From the NCBI GenBank assembly GCA_965601925.1, contig OZ271854.1:3872001-3936000 (forward strand): a DNA stretch of 64,000 bases. The letters are read 5' to 3'. Below, in pieces: positions 30,321 through 41,067 of the stretch (its first letter is position 1; every line of letters starts with the position of its first letter). Below the pieces are notes generated by a model. The model ran no database searches and was not told where the DNA came from. It worked only from the letters and a program-made list of their open reading frames with translations. This DNA is from Alkalispirochaeta sp. (GTDB lineage Bacteria > Spirochaetota > Spirochaetia > DSM-27196 > Alkalispirochaetaceae). The position numbers and the translations under genes are program-made.

Positions 30321-31260
30321 CGTATGCCTGGATGATTCGTTGCACGAGGGGGCTGCGCACGACATCCTCGTGGGTAAGATAGGTAATACCGATCTCATGG
30401 GCGTGTTCGAGAACCCGCACGGCGTGAATCAATCCCGATTTTGCGCGATTGGGGAGATCGATTTGTGTAATGTCACCGGTGACCACGGCGCGACTATTCT
30501 CGCCCAAGCGAGTGAGAAACATCTTCATCTGCTCGCGCGTCGTGTTCTGCGCCTCGTCGAGAATGACGTAACTATCGCGCAGACTTCGTCCCCGCATGTA
30601 GGCCAACGGTGCGACCTCGATGACGTTTTGCTCCTCGAGGCGATGGATTACTTCGTAGGGCAAAAGCGACTGAATCGCGTCGTACAGCGGCCGTAGGTAC
30701 GGCGCTATCTTTTGCGTCAAATCGCCGGGAAGATAACCGAGGCTTTCGCCCGCCTCGACGACGGGACGAGTCAGCACGAGCTTGTGTTTCCGTTTGGAGA
30801 GAACCTCCTGGAGAGCGTGGGCGACCGCCAAGAAGGTTTTGCCCGTCCCGGCGGGACCTACGAAAAAGCTCAAATCGCGATGCGTGAGGTCTTCCAGGAG
30901 CTTCGCTTGGCGGACACTACGGGGAAAGATCTTCGTACCGGCGACCGGTATGGTTATCGACCACTTCCGCAACGCGTCGAGAGATTTTCCGTCTTCAGAC
31001 GTAAGGTCGCTATGGAGTGCCCGTATGAGGTCGCGACTCGGCGCCTGCCCGCGACGACTGTGAACTTCGAGTTCGCTCATGAGGGAGAAAAAGAGTTGCT
31101 TCTGGCGGAGGTTCTCGCTGTCGAGGAGTAGCTCGTTGCCCCGCACGAGAATCGGTGCCTGAAACAACTGTTCCAAAATACGTAAATTCTCATCATTAAC
31201 GCCGCAGATTTGTTGCAGCACGTCACCGTCTGATAGAACCAAAGCTGTGCTATCTGACAA
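30304..31260 (-). CDS. phoH: PhoH-family ATPase (YbeZ)
   Basis: GPAGTGKT, RPVVEAGE.LGYLPG, YMRGR, DEAQN, GDITQIDL. Confidence 0.93.
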   Translation of the reverse strand: MSDSTALVLSDGDVLQQICGVNDENLRILEQLFQAPILVRGNELLLDSENLRQKQLFFSLMSELEVHSRRGQAPSRDLIRALHSDLTSEDGKSLDALRKWSITIPVAGTKIFPRSVRQAKLLEDLTHRDLSFFVGPAGTGKTFLAVAHALQEVLSKRKHKLVLTRPVVEAGESLGYLPGDLTQKIAPYLRPLYDAIQSLLPYEVIHRLEEQNVIEVAPLAYMRGRSLRDSYVILDEAQNTTREQMKMFLTRLGENSRAVVTGDITQIDLPNRAKSGLIHAVRVLEHAHEIGITYLTHEDVVRSPLVQRIIQAYDDYRE

Positions 31261-31278
31261 TCTTACCCCTTACGGGCA

Positions 31279-31308
31279 AGTATAGAGAGTGCCTTCCGCA
31301 GTGGTCAA
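31279..31308 (-). promoter_or_regulatory. sigma70 promoter of phoH-ybeY-corC
   Basis: TTGACC-N18-TATACT, then AAGGGG SD. Confidence 0.6.
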
Positions 31309-31316
31309 GTACAGAG

Positions 31317-34300
31317 TTACTGAACGAACTCCACGGTGCCGTCCTCGACCTCGATATTGCGCCGTAACTCCGAGATCGATCTCCACCGTATAAGAATGGA
31401 AAAAATACCGCGCCATCGATAATTAGAGATACCGTTTTCCGTCTCGAGCTCCGGCCGACCCGTATAAGTCGCGCTCAGTTCCCAATCCTCAAGGTCGTGT
31501 ACCGCCGAAAGACTGATCGAATCCAGATTAAAGAACGACTCCTCCCGCGCTTCCCGATTGAATAGGCGCAAGCTGTTGACGAAGTCCTCAACCAGGTTTC
31601 TCTCGGGCAGGCCGACCTCTTCGGCCAGGGGTTCGACATACCGGTAAATCAGATCGTTGGTCGTCCGCGCCGTCAATTGGAATTGGAGAAAGCGGTAGAT
31701 GTCGAAGTTGATACCGTAATCCAATATCAGTCGACTACTCGTATACTGCTGGAGGTCGAAGTTGAGGGCAACGTCGCCGGTCAGTTCGATGTTGATGCGC
31801 CGCTTCCAAAACCGGTACTGCGCGTCGAGATCGAATCCCACCGATAGATCGGTCCACCGAAATCGCTCGTCGTCGATGGTCTCCCAGCCGCTGCCGTCGA
31901 CGAAGCGAAATCCGGTACTACGGCGCCCGATGAGCCCCATCGTCAAAAACCACGCATTGAGAGTGGTCGCGGCCTCGGTAAGCTCTACCGCCTCGACGTC
32001 GTATTCAAGGTCCTGGCCCAGCGTGAGACCGCCCCCAAAAAAGTGTAGCCGATGATTTTGATTGAACGGATCGGGGCGCCAACCCTCGTCGTCGGTCTCG
32101 CGGTAGCCACCCTCCAGTTCCGTGGTAAGCGGACCGGTAATGAGGGTCACCGACCCGTCGTAGGCGCCGTTCAAGGGTGGCAGATTGGAGGTGGCCCGTA
32201 CCCGCTGCTGTGCGCCCCATTGATCCCACTGCAGTAGTGCGACGGTTTGGTGGGTGCTGATATCCTCTTCATTCCAATCGCCCCAACGACTATCGTAACG
32301 GGGCGAATCGTCGTCTTCCAACGCTTCAAACTCCCATCGATAGACCAGGGAGTTGAGCGTGTAGCTCAATGAGCTGGTGTCAAACACTCGCGTCCTCAAG
32401 AGTGGGAAGAGCGATACGGAGCTGTTTTGCGTCGCCGAGAAGAGGCGGAATCGAAACGCCGCGGTACGGAGACTCTCGATTTCGCTTTCGGTAAGGTCGG
32501 CCTCGATCGAAACGTCTTGGTAGCGCTGCTCCAACGCAAGGCTGTTGGAGACGGTAAAAAAACCTTCGGCGTCGCGCGTCGTTGCGGTCAGATCCATGCG
32601 ATTGCGGGTCTGGAATGTGCTGTATTCCCAGTCCAGCGCCACGTCGCCGCCGCCATCCCACTCGTCCGAGTCGGTGAAGCGATCGTAACGCAGTGTGGGA
32701 CGGACCGTATAGCCGAGTGAGAATCCTCCCAGGGCGTCGAGATCGATCCCGCCGGCGTTTCCGGCCAGATCGGGTAATCGAAACTCCGATTCGGCTTCGT
32801 CGTCCTCGCGTCTCGGCGTCTCCTCCCACGGAGGACGGAGCACCGGGCCGGCCTCACCATGTTCCGCATCGGACGGATCGTCTTCTTCGGTATCGTCGTC
32901 CGGCAGCGCGGTCGCCGGGCGCGGCCAACGGATGAGCGTGCCGCCGAATTGGAGCGCCAGCTCCGGAAGCAGGAGCGATTGCGGATAGAAAAAGCGCTCT
33001 TCCGGGCTTAGATTACTTTCCGGAAGCGTTACGGCGTCGGGTAGATCATCGGCGTCACGAGTGCGCCAGTCGAGCACCGTTCGAAACGTCGTGACCGAGA
33101 AGTTGTCGACCCAAGGAACGACGGCATCGGGAAGCCGTGGGCGCCACGAGAGGTTGAGCTGCCATTGCGCCGAGGACACCGTGGCGTCGCTCTCCTCCTC
33201 CTCACCTTCGGTAGCGCTGTTCAGGAGAAAACTCCAGTCCATGCCCTCGCTGCGATCGGCGAAATCGCGCCGAAACTCGGGATCCGAGAGCAGAAGCATT
33301 TCGAGGCTGACCGAGAGTGACGCCAGGGAGAGTTCGGTACTGATCTCTCCCTCATATCGAAATGGGGTGGTTCGGCCGAAAAAAAACCCCGAGTTCCAGT
33401 GTTGCCGCGCGTTACCGTCTTCATCGACGTACCACGAGGAATACACACCGTTGTCGAAATAGATATTGCGACTCGCCGCAATGCCCACGCGCCAATCGAG
33501 TCGATTGAACGGTCCGAGACTAGGCAGCGACCCGTCTACACCGGTATACGCTCCGAGCGTTGTATAGACGTCGGCCATGAGTTTGAGGCTCCAGTCGGGA
33601 GGGTCCGGCTCGACGGGTTCGTCGGGAATACGAAGAAAGAGCCCGTCGATAACGCGTTCCGAGTCGTCCGGCGTCTCGGCCAGTTGCATAATCGAGACCG
33701 GTGCGTCGCGCTCCTCGCTTTGGCCGATGAAGTACGTCGTCGTCTGGATGAACGCACCCTCGCGCGTCTCGGTTCCTACGGCGGGATGAAAAAAGAGACG
33801 ATCGCCGGGAAGGAAAAACACCGGTAGGTAGAACGTCGGCACACGACCCACGTACAACACGGCGCGACGAAGTCCCCACTCACCCGGGGCGAGAATCCAG
33901 ATGCGCTGTGCCCGTATACGATAGTTGGGCGGATCGGCGCGCGAGGAGGTGATGGTGCCGCGATCGACGACGATGATCTCCTGTGAGGAGCGTGAGATGA
34001 GCTCCCCTTGGACCGAAAACTCTACCTCTTCGGCCTCGAGGTCCTCCCGCGTCTCCGTGATTCCCTGAATGAAGATTCCTTCCCACGTATCGATCTCGAA
34101 TACGATCGTGTCACCGGCGAACTGCTCGCTCCCGTCGGGGCGATCGGTGGTATAGGTAACGCCGCCGATCGCCGCCAAGGTGTTGCGGTCGAGGTTAAGT
34201 GTGATCTCTTGCGCCTCGATCCTATGGACGGCGTCGCCGTCTTCCATGGTGAGGATCACTCCTCCGGCGAGACGCAGATACTGCTCGTCGGTCTGCTCGA

Positions 34301-34763
34301 CGGTGAAAAACTCGCTCCCCCGGGCGCGCTCGATGCGAGCCAGAGAAGTGCTGCCGTCCGGCTCTTCGGATACGGGCAGATTTGCCCGATCGAGACCGTA
34401 GTACTCGAGGATACGATCCTCCACCTCCCGACGGCTGCCGCGAGTGCTTAAGCCGAGCACACGGGCCCAATCGAGGAGTTCGGCGGGACGTGTCGATTCG
34501 AGATCCGCGAGAATAGTCGAATCAAACAGCGACTGAGGCTCCGGCTCACCCTCTTCGGAACCCGGTGCGGTACCGTCCCCAGCCTCTGCGGTTGCGCCGT
34601 CGTCACCCTCCCCCGGATCCTGTGCAATACCGTCCTCCGTCTCGACGGCCGGTTCATCCTCGACCGGCTCATCGGCCGCCTGCGCCGAAGCGAGTGATGA
34701 TACAAAAACGAGAAGTACGATCGCTAACGGTAGCTGCGAGAGTGACAGGCGGCGGCGAACCAT
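31317..34763 (-). CDS. lptD: LptD-like outer-membrane assembly protein (long spirochaete type)
   Basis: Signal peptide; jelly-roll motifs 'GTITSS..PNYRIRAQRIWI..A.LYVG.VP..YLP'; C-terminal beta-strands 'HDLEDW'. Confidence 0.75.
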   Translation of the reverse strand: MVRRRLSLSQLPLAIVLLVFVSSLASAQAADEPVEDEPAVETEDGIAQDPGEGDDGATAEAGDGTAPGSEEGEPEPQSLFDSTILADLESTRPAELLDWARVLGLSTRGSRREVEDRILEYYGLDRANLPVSEEPDGSTSLARIERARGSEFFTVEQTDEQYLRLAGGVILTMEDGDAVHRIEAQEITLNLDRNTLAAIGGVTYTTDRPDGSEQFAGDTIVFEIDTWEGIFIQGITETREDLEAEEVEFSVQGELISRSSQEIIVVDRGTITSSRADPPNYRIRAQRIWILAPGEWGLRRAVLYVGRVPTFYLPVFFLPGDRLFFHPAVGTETREGAFIQTTTYFIGQSEERDAPVSIMQLAETPDDSERVIDGLFLRIPDEPVEPDPPDWSLKLMADVYTTLGAYTGVDGSLPSLGPFNRLDWRVGIAASRNIYFDNGVYSSWYVDEDGNARQHWNSGFFFGRTTPFRYEGEISTELSLASLSVSLEMLLLSDPEFRRDFADRSEGMDWSFLLNSATEGEEEESDATVSSAQWQLNLSWRPRLPDAVVPWVDNFSVTTFRTVLDWRTRDADDLPDAVTLPESNLSPEERFFYPQSLLLPELALQFGGTLIRWPRPATALPDDDTEEDDPSDAEHGEAGPVLRPPWEETPRREDDEAESEFRLPDLAGNAGGIDLDALGGFSLGYTVRPTLRYDRFTDSDEWDGGGDVALDWEYSTFQTRNRMDLTATTRDAEGFFTVSNSLALEQRYQDVSIEADLTESEIESLRTAAFRFRLFSATQNSSVSLFPLLRTRVFDTSSLSYTLNSLVYRWEFEALEDDDSPRYDSRWGDWNEEDISTHQTVALLQWDQWGAQQRVRATSNLPPLNGAYDGSVTLITGPLTTELEGGYRETDDEGWRPDPFNQNHRLHFFGGGLTLGQDLEYDVEAVELTEAATTLNAWFLTMGLIGRRSTGFRFVDGSGWETIDDERFRWTDLSVGFDLDAQYRFWKRRINIELTGDVALNFDLQQYTSSRLILDYGINFDIYRFLQFQLTARTTNDLIYRYVEPLAEEVGLPERNLVEDFVNSLRLFNREAREESFFNLDSISLSAVHDLEDWELSATYTGRPELETENGISNYRWRGIFSILIRWRSISELRRNIEVEDGTVEFVQ

Positions 34764-34856
34764 CGCCACAGTATGTACCGGAAACGGGACGCCGTGCCCA
34801 GAGGGGGCGATGACAATAGTGCGCGCAACGCGATGATATCGACCGCTCTCGGCGCG

Positions 34857-37748
34857 CTATACGGCGCGTGAGCGCGCATCGCTCGTGTCGTCGAGTGCCA
34901 GCTTCGCCCGTTCCCGTCGCTCCATCGCTTCGGCGATAAAACGTCCGGTGTGCGAACTCGGTACCCGGGCGATCGCCTCAGGAGTCCCCGTTGCGACGAC
35001 GGTCCCACCGCGGTCGCCTCCCTCGGGGCCGAGATCGACGATATTGTCGGCCTGCAGGATTACGTCGAGATTGTGCTCGATGAGAATTACCGTATTGCCG
35101 CGATCGACGAGCAGTTGCAGAACCTCCATGAGCTTCTCCACATCGGCGAAGTGCAGACCCGTCGTCGGCTCGTCGAGGATGTACAGCGTCTTTCCCGTGC
35201 TTCGTTTACTGAGTTCCAGCGAGAGCTTGACGCGCTGCGCCTCTCCGCCGGAAAGCGTAAGCGCGCTTTGTCCGAGTTTGATGTAGTCGAGCCCGACTTC
35301 ACTCAAGGTATCGAGGCGCCGCTTAATTTGCGGAATGGCGGAGAAAAAAGTCCGTGCTTCCTCGATGGGCATATCGAGCACCTCGTGAATGTTTTTACCT
35401 TTGTACCGGATATCAAGCGTCTCGTGGGTGAAGCGCTTCCCGTGGCACACGTCGCAGGTGACGTACACATCGGGTAGAAAGTGCATCTCTATCTTGATCG
35501 TTCCGGCTCCCTGACAGTTCTCGCACCGCCCGCCCTTTACGTTGAACGAGAAGCGCCCCGGCTTGTAGCCACGCGCTTTGGCCTCGGGAAGACTTGCGAA
35601 TAGCTCACGAATCGAGGTAAAGAGACCCACATAGGTCGCCGGGTTGGAACGCGGTGTACGGCCGATCGGGCTTTGGTCGATGTTGATGATCTTGTCGATG
35701 TGTTCGAAACCTTCCAGCGCATCATAGGCCGCCTCGGGTATGTGGTTGTGACGTCCTCGACTCACTCGATTGGCCAAAGCGGGATACAAGACGTCGGACA
35801 GAAGGGTGCTTTTTCCCGAACCGGAGACGCCCGATATCACGTTCATCGCGCCGATGAGAAACTCCGCCGAGATGCTCTTGAGGTTGTGCTCCGTGGCGCC
35901 GGTGATGCGCAGGACGTGTCCGTTCCCCGCCCGCCGCGTGTCGGGAATCTGCAGCGACTTGCGCCCCGAGAGCCACGGACCGGTAACGCTGTGCGGATTG
36001 TCCATGACCTCTTGCGGCGTACCCTGGGCAACGACCTCTCCACCGTGCACACCCGCTCCGGGTCCGAGATCCACGACGTGGTCCGCTTCCAACAGCGTCT
36101 GCTCGTCGTGCTCGACGACCAGGAGTGTATTTCCGAGGTCACGGAGGTGAAGCAACGTCTTCAATAACCGCTCGTTGTCCCGTTGGTGTAACCCGATCGT
36201 CGGCTCGTCGAGAACGTAGAGCACCCCGACCAGCTGCGATCCGATTTGGGTCGCCAGCCGAATGCGTTGCGCCTCGCCTCCCGAGAGCGTCGCCGCCGAT
36301 CGATCGAGTGTCAGATAGTCGAGCCCGACGCTTTGCATGAATCCCAAACGGGAGCGAATCTCCTTCAAAATCTCGGCTGCGATCGCGGCCTCGGTCTCGG
36401 TGAGCGACAACTCGTCGAAGAAGCGCAATGAGTCGGTGACCGCCATGGAGGCGAGGTCGTAAATGCTCTTGTCGTTAACCAATACCGCAAGCGCCTCGGG
36501 GCGCAGCCGTTTACCCCCGCAGGCGTTACACACCCGCTCGGTCATAAACGATTCGAACCACTCGCGCATCTGGCTCGAGGCCGTTTCGCGATACCGCCGC
36601 TCGAGATCGGGAATGATACCGGGAAACGGACGGTGGTACTCGACTCGTCCCTCGCCGTCCGGTTTCTCGTACACGTATCGCAAGCGGTCCTTGCTGCCGT
36701 AGAGGATTTGATCCATGACCGCATCGGGGATCGTCTCCAACGGTTGGCTCAAATCGAAACCCAGCATATCGGCCAGCGCCTCAAAGCGCGTGCGGTACCA
36801 CTGCGCTTTGGGATTATACGGGCGGATCCCGTGCTGGTCGAACGAGAGGCTTGTATCCGGCATAATGAGGCCCGGGTCGAACTCTTTGGTGACGCCGAGG
36901 CCCGAGCACGCCTCGCAGGCGCCGAATGGACTGTTGAACGAGAATAGGCGCGGCTCCAGCTCGGGAAAGGTAACGTTACTGTCCGGGTATGCGTAGTGCT
37001 GCGAGAACGACTGCTCCTCGAACTCGTCCTTGGCGCGCTCGATCAACACGACGACCGTTCCGCCGGAGGTCTCCAACGCCGCCTCGAGCGCCTCGACGGT
37101 GCGTTTTCGCGCCTCCCCCCCGATCTTGATGCGGTCCACCACGATTTCGATGGAGTGTTTGCGCTTTTTGTCGAGTTGAATGTCTTCGTCGAGCGATATG
37201 ATCTCGCCGTCGACGCGTACGCGTGCGAAACCCGCCTTGCGCGCATCGTCCAAAACGCGTTGGTGAATACCCTTGCGACCGCGGACCACCGGTGAGAGGA
37301 CCATCATGCGGCTGCCTTCCGGGTACGCCAGGACGCGCTCGATAATCTCGTCCACGGTCTGTTTCTCGATGCGTTTACCGCTCGCCGGGTCGTGCGGTAC
37401 TCCGATACGGGCGAAGAGCAAGCGGTAGTAATCCCATATCTCGGTAATCGTACCGACGGTCGACCGGGGATTGCGGTTGGTCGTCTTCTGCTCGATAGAG
37501 ATCGCCGGCGACAGCCCCTCGATGTAGTCGACGTTCGGTTTGTCCATGCGGCCGAGAAACTGGCGCGCGTAGGATGAGAGAGATTCGACATACCGGCGTT
37601 GGCCTTCCGCGAAAATGGTGTCGAAAGCCAGCGACGATTTTCCCGAGCCGCTCATGCCGGAGACGACGATAAACTGATCGCGGGGCAAATCGAGATCGAT
37701 ATTTTTGAGGTTGTGCTCTCGTGCACCTTTGACGAAAATTCTGTTCAT
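34857..37748 (-). CDS. uvrA: Excinuclease ABC subunit A
   Basis: GAREHNLKN, GSGKSSLAFDT, two LSGGEAQR motifs, Zn fingers. Confidence 0.98.
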   Translation of the reverse strand: MNRIFVKGAREHNLKNIDLDLPRDQFIVVSGMSGSGKSSLAFDTIFAEGQRRYVESLSSYARQFLGRMDKPNVDYIEGLSPAISIEQKTTNRNPRSTVGTITEIWDYYRLLFARIGVPHDPASGKRIEKQTVDEIIERVLAYPEGSRMMVLSPVVRGRKGIHQRVLDDARKAGFARVRVDGEIISLDEDIQLDKKRKHSIEIVVDRIKIGGEARKRTVEALEAALETSGGTVVVLIERAKDEFEEQSFSQHYAYPDSNVTFPELEPRLFSFNSPFGACEACSGLGVTKEFDPGLIMPDTSLSFDQHGIRPYNPKAQWYRTRFEALADMLGFDLSQPLETIPDAVMDQILYGSKDRLRYVYEKPDGEGRVEYHRPFPGIIPDLERRYRETASSQMREWFESFMTERVCNACGGKRLRPEALAVLVNDKSIYDLASMAVTDSLRFFDELSLTETEAAIAAEILKEIRSRLGFMQSVGLDYLTLDRSAATLSGGEAQRIRLATQIGSQLVGVLYVLDEPTIGLHQRDNERLLKTLLHLRDLGNTLLVVEHDEQTLLEADHVVDLGPGAGVHGGEVVAQGTPQEVMDNPHSVTGPWLSGRKSLQIPDTRRAGNGHVLRITGATEHNLKSISAEFLIGAMNVISGVSGSGKSTLLSDVLYPALANRVSRGRHNHIPEAAYDALEGFEHIDKIINIDQSPIGRTPRSNPATYVGLFTSIRELFASLPEAKARGYKPGRFSFNVKGGRCENCQGAGTIKIEMHFLPDVYVTCDVCHGKRFTHETLDIRYKGKNIHEVLDMPIEEARTFFSAIPQIKRRLDTLSEVGLDYIKLGQSALTLSGGEAQRVKLSLELSKRSTGKTLYILDEPTTGLHFADVEKLMEVLQLLVDRGNTVILIEHNLDVILQADNIVDLGPEGGDRGGTVVATGTPEAIARVPSSHTGRFIAEAMERRERAKLALDDTSDARSRAV

Positions 37749-37771
37749 GTTGCGCGCTGTAAGCTACGCAA

Positions 37772-38662
37772 TTATGACCTCGCTGACAACGCCTCGTCGA
37801 GATTGTGACGAATACCCGCCGCCGCGGCCTCGGCGCCGTCGAAACCGCTCGACTCAAGAGCGCCGGCCAAATCGCGAAGTGTAGCCTCAAAGGCGCGATC
37901 CTGCAGATACTCGGCGACTTCCGGGTGTAGATCCGCCGTTTGAAGAAAACTCGCAACCGTTTCGAACTGGTAGTCGAAGCGGCGCTCAATGATCGCATCC
38001 ACCGCGCGACTGGCAATCTCGACTACACCGAATAAAAGGTGCTCGACCGCCAAATCGATATCGCCTTGTCCCCTCCGTCGCATGAGATATCTGCCGTACT
38101 GCAGGTGGGCGTTAAGGGACTGTGGAAAGTCGAGACGATACAGCACCAGGACGCGGTCGAGTCCCCGCCTGAGGAGAAGTTCCAACATCGCCTCGCGTTG
38201 ATTGTTATCGTCCCTACCGGCAAAGACGGGATCTCGATTGACTACCGAGAGGAGCATGGTACGATAATCACGTTCCTCACCGATCTGGTCGTACATGCGC
38301 GCCAACTCCAAACGCAGTGCGTACTCATCGTCGGGTACATCGAGATGCGCGGCCTGATCCAACGCCTCACGGTAGAAGTTCTCGGCGAGAACGAGATCGG
38401 CTTCTGCGCGATAGATACGGGCAATACCGATCAACGCCTCGGGATAGATGGGTTGTAGCTCCAGAGCATGCGAATAGAGTTGGAGGGCCAAGGCGTAGTC
38501 TTGTTCGCCGCCTACCGCGTCGTTGGACAACAGCTCCGCGCGGCGGAAGTACACCCACGCCGGCACGGTGTCCGTGGAATCTTCCGTGGCCTGGGCCGAC
38601 GTATCGGTTGGACTTGTCAGCGTAATGGTTACGACGACTAGGACGAGGAGAGCGAGTCTCAT
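37772..38662 (-). CDS. Exported TPR-containing protein
   Basis: Signal peptide from ATG 38662; 'ALELQPIYPEALIGIARIY' TPR. Confidence 0.7.
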   Translation of the reverse strand: MRLALLVLVVVTITLTSPTDTSAQATEDSTDTVPAWVYFRRAELLSNDAVGGEQDYALALQLYSHALELQPIYPEALIGIARIYRAEADLVLAENFYREALDQAAHLDVPDDEYALRLELARMYDQIGEERDYRTMLLSVVNRDPVFAGRDDNNQREAMLELLLRRGLDRVLVLYRLDFPQSLNAHLQYGRYLMRRRGQGDIDLAVEHLLFGVVEIASRAVDAIIERRFDYQFETVASFLQTADLHPEVAEYLQDRAFEATLRDLAGALESSGFDGAEAAAAGIRHNLDEALSARS

Positions 38663-38701
38663 ACGTCCATTATCGGCCATGTACCGGGGTGTGAATAGCG
38701 C

Positions 38702-38737
38702 GAGCCGACGCGTCCCGAGCTGAGACGTCGCCGGCTC
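38702..38737 (-). terminator. Imperfect hairpin after the V-ATPase operon
   Basis: GAGCCG..CGTC..GACG..CGGCTC, no U-tract. Confidence 0.3.
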
Positions 38738-38762
38738 ACGGCGAAACGGGAGGATCGGCGCG

Positions 38763-39197
38763 TTAGCCGACCACGCCCAAGAGGAAGACCATCACGAAAA
38801 GCGCAACGGTCTCTACCAGTCCGAGGACCAACAGATAGTTACCGAATCCCTTTCCCGTTTCCGTAAGGGCGTCCGAGGCCACCGCGCCGGCCTTGCCTTG
38901 AAACCACGCGGAAAAGCCCATTGCCATACCGCCGGGAATACCGGCGCCGATCAACAACCACGGGTCCGCACCGGCTTGCGCTGCCGCGGCCAGGGCATTC
39001 ATGAGGATGAGGCCGTAGATCGTCTGCGTAAGCGGTGCGCCGACAAAGGCCACGAGAAGGAACGGAGCCGGCTTGTTTTGTACGAACGCCTTCTTCCACG
39101 CCCCTACGGCGGACATACCGGCGGTACCGGCGCCGAGGGCTGATCCCATCGCCGCAAACGCGAGAGCCGAGCCGACTCCAAGAAGTCCGATATTCAT
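38763..39197 (-). CDS. atpK: V/A-type ATPase subunit K (4-TM proteolipid)
   Basis: PLTQTIYG, SAWFQG, LVETVALF. Confidence 0.93.
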   Translation of the reverse strand: MNIGLLGVGSALAFAAMGSALGAGTAGMSAVGAWKKAFVQNKPAPFLLVAFVGAPLTQTIYGLILMNALAAAAQAGADPWLLIGAGIPGGMAMGFSAWFQGKAGAVASDALTETGKGFGNYLLVLGLVETVALFVMVFLLGVVG

Positions 39198-39225
39198 GTG
39201 TTACATCTCCTTATCAGTAGCAAAT

Positions 39226-41067
39226 TTACCGCGTTCTGAACGGGGCGTATTCGACCCCGGTCCATTCCATACCAAGGTGTCCTGAAAACTCCAGCATGTT
39301 AAGCCTCACTCCGTGGACCACCACCGAGAGAGCTCCCATCGCGAGGTTGAGGCTATGTCCCAAAAAGAGCACGAGAGCCGCCGCAATCGCACCGACCGCG
39401 CCGTCCATACCCGCCGCGATGCCCTGAGCCATGCCGTTGAAGGCCTCCGCGATCGCCAGTGAGGCGAGACCCACGGCGTACAGACGGATGTACGATATAA
39501 TGTCCGAGAAGGCGCTAATTCCGTCCAAGGCGGTCGTGATGAATCCACCGAGTCCGCGAAGGATGCCTGCGAAAAACCCGCTCCCCTCCTCCTGTGAGCC
39601 GAAGAGGAACACCGCCGCGAGGCCGCCCGCGATCATATACAATGCGTAGTCCGGCATCGGATAGAGACTGGGATCGAGCACTAACTGAAGGACTAAATAG
39701 TAGAGCCCCAGCACCATCGAGAGCCAACCGAGCTGCGCAATGGCGGCGATACGAGGTTTGCGACGTACCTCGCGCAGGAAGTTCCAAATGTGGGCGATCG
39801 AAAGGTGGATCGTGCCGATGACGAAACACACGTACTGAATCAGTTGTGCGCTCGCATCGTTGTCGATCGAGATACTCGGTATCACCACATCGCGCAGGAA
39901 CGGCAGATCGTTGAACGGCGCGTATCCGAACCAGTTGCCGGTAATCGCTCCCCATACGACGGTCGCCGAACTGAGAACGAGCATGAGTACCGTTCCGGTA
40001 CCGATCGGTTTACCACGTCCCGTTCCACGGATCGCTGAGAACAACGTACCGCCCAAGAGGATCAGTCCATATCCCCCGTCGCCGATGATCATGGCGAAGA
40101 AGACGACGAAAAACGCCAGGAAGAAGAACGAAATATCCATCTCGCGATACCCCGGAACGGTGCCGAGAAGGTCGAAGACCGGTTTGATGATGCCGATCGG
40201 CTTGGGGTTGCGCGTCTTGGTCGGGACCTGTTCCTCGTCTTGGGGGTCGCGCACCACCACGCCCCATCCATTGGTCTTCGCGGTGCTCCGCACGTCGTCG
40301 ACGATATCGTGGGGTGCGAAGCCGGTGATCCAGCTCAGTTCCTTGTCGGAGTCCATACTCGCGCGAACGGTTGCAAACTCGATATCGCGTCCCAACTGTT
40401 CGCGGGCAGCGAGGATGGTCGGTCTTCTCGACGCGAGAGATCGCAACTCCGCGGCAATGTCGGCGATGCGTACGTCAACTTCGTCACGCCGTGCCGCGAT
40501 TTCGGCGGTCGACCGATCGGGAAGCGCGATCGGGGCGACATCGTCGGGTAAGGTCTCCTCCCCGACCGCTATCCCCGCGACACGCACCAGTGTCTTGGAG
40601 CGCGACACCTCGATGACGTTGGGAAGGCGCTCTATCAGCTCGCCGGCCGCATCGGCCGTCACCTCGTACAGCCCAACTTGCACGCCACCCGTCCGGAGGG
40701 TGGCGATCCGAGCCGGATCGACGCCGCCCCATGGAGCAAGACGTTCCGTCTCGCGCACGAGGCGCTCGCGTTCGTCTACGAGTTGACTCTCCTCGTCGGT
40801 GAGATGTTGGCAGCGCTCGGCTATCGTGAGCGCCTCATCGACGGCCTCGTCGCCGGAACGACGCGACCGTTCCGCGGACTCGCCTTCGGGAATTACCGTC
40901 AGTGCGTGGTCGACGGCGCTGAGTTGACTCCGCAAATGCTCGGCGCGATCGGCCTCGACGCGGTCGGTAAAGACGTGAAGCACTCCCAGCTCGCCGAGTT
41001 CCGCGAGCGTCTCGTGTTCCAGCGATTTCAGCGTCACTACCGAGACTTTCTTCATCGGAACGATCAT
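39226..41067 (-). CDS. atpI: V/A-type ATPase subunit I
   Basis: MIVPMKK, PGYREMD, GDGGYG, SDIISYIRLYA, HGVRLN.LEF. Confidence 0.95.
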   Translation of the reverse strand: MIVPMKKVSVVTLKSLEHETLAELGELGVLHVFTDRVEADRAEHLRSQLSAVDHALTVIPEGESAERSRRSGDEAVDEALTIAERCQHLTDEESQLVDERERLVRETERLAPWGGVDPARIATLRTGGVQVGLYEVTADAAGELIERLPNVIEVSRSKTLVRVAGIAVGEETLPDDVAPIALPDRSTAEIAARRDEVDVRIADIAAELRSLASRRPTILAAREQLGRDIEFATVRASMDSDKELSWITGFAPHDIVDDVRSTAKTNGWGVVVRDPQDEEQVPTKTRNPKPIGIIKPVFDLLGTVPGYREMDISFFFLAFFVVFFAMIIGDGGYGLILLGGTLFSAIRGTGRGKPIGTGTVLMLVLSSATVVWGAITGNWFGYAPFNDLPFLRDVVIPSISIDNDASAQLIQYVCFVIGTIHLSIAHIWNFLREVRRKPRIAAIAQLGWLSMVLGLYYLVLQLVLDPSLYPMPDYALYMIAGGLAAVFLFGSQEEGSGFFAGILRGLGGFITTALDGISAFSDIISYIRLYAVGLASLAIAEAFNGMAQGIAAGMDGAVGAIAAALVLFLGHSLNLAMGALSVVVHGVRLNMLEFSGHLGMEWTGVEYAPFRTR

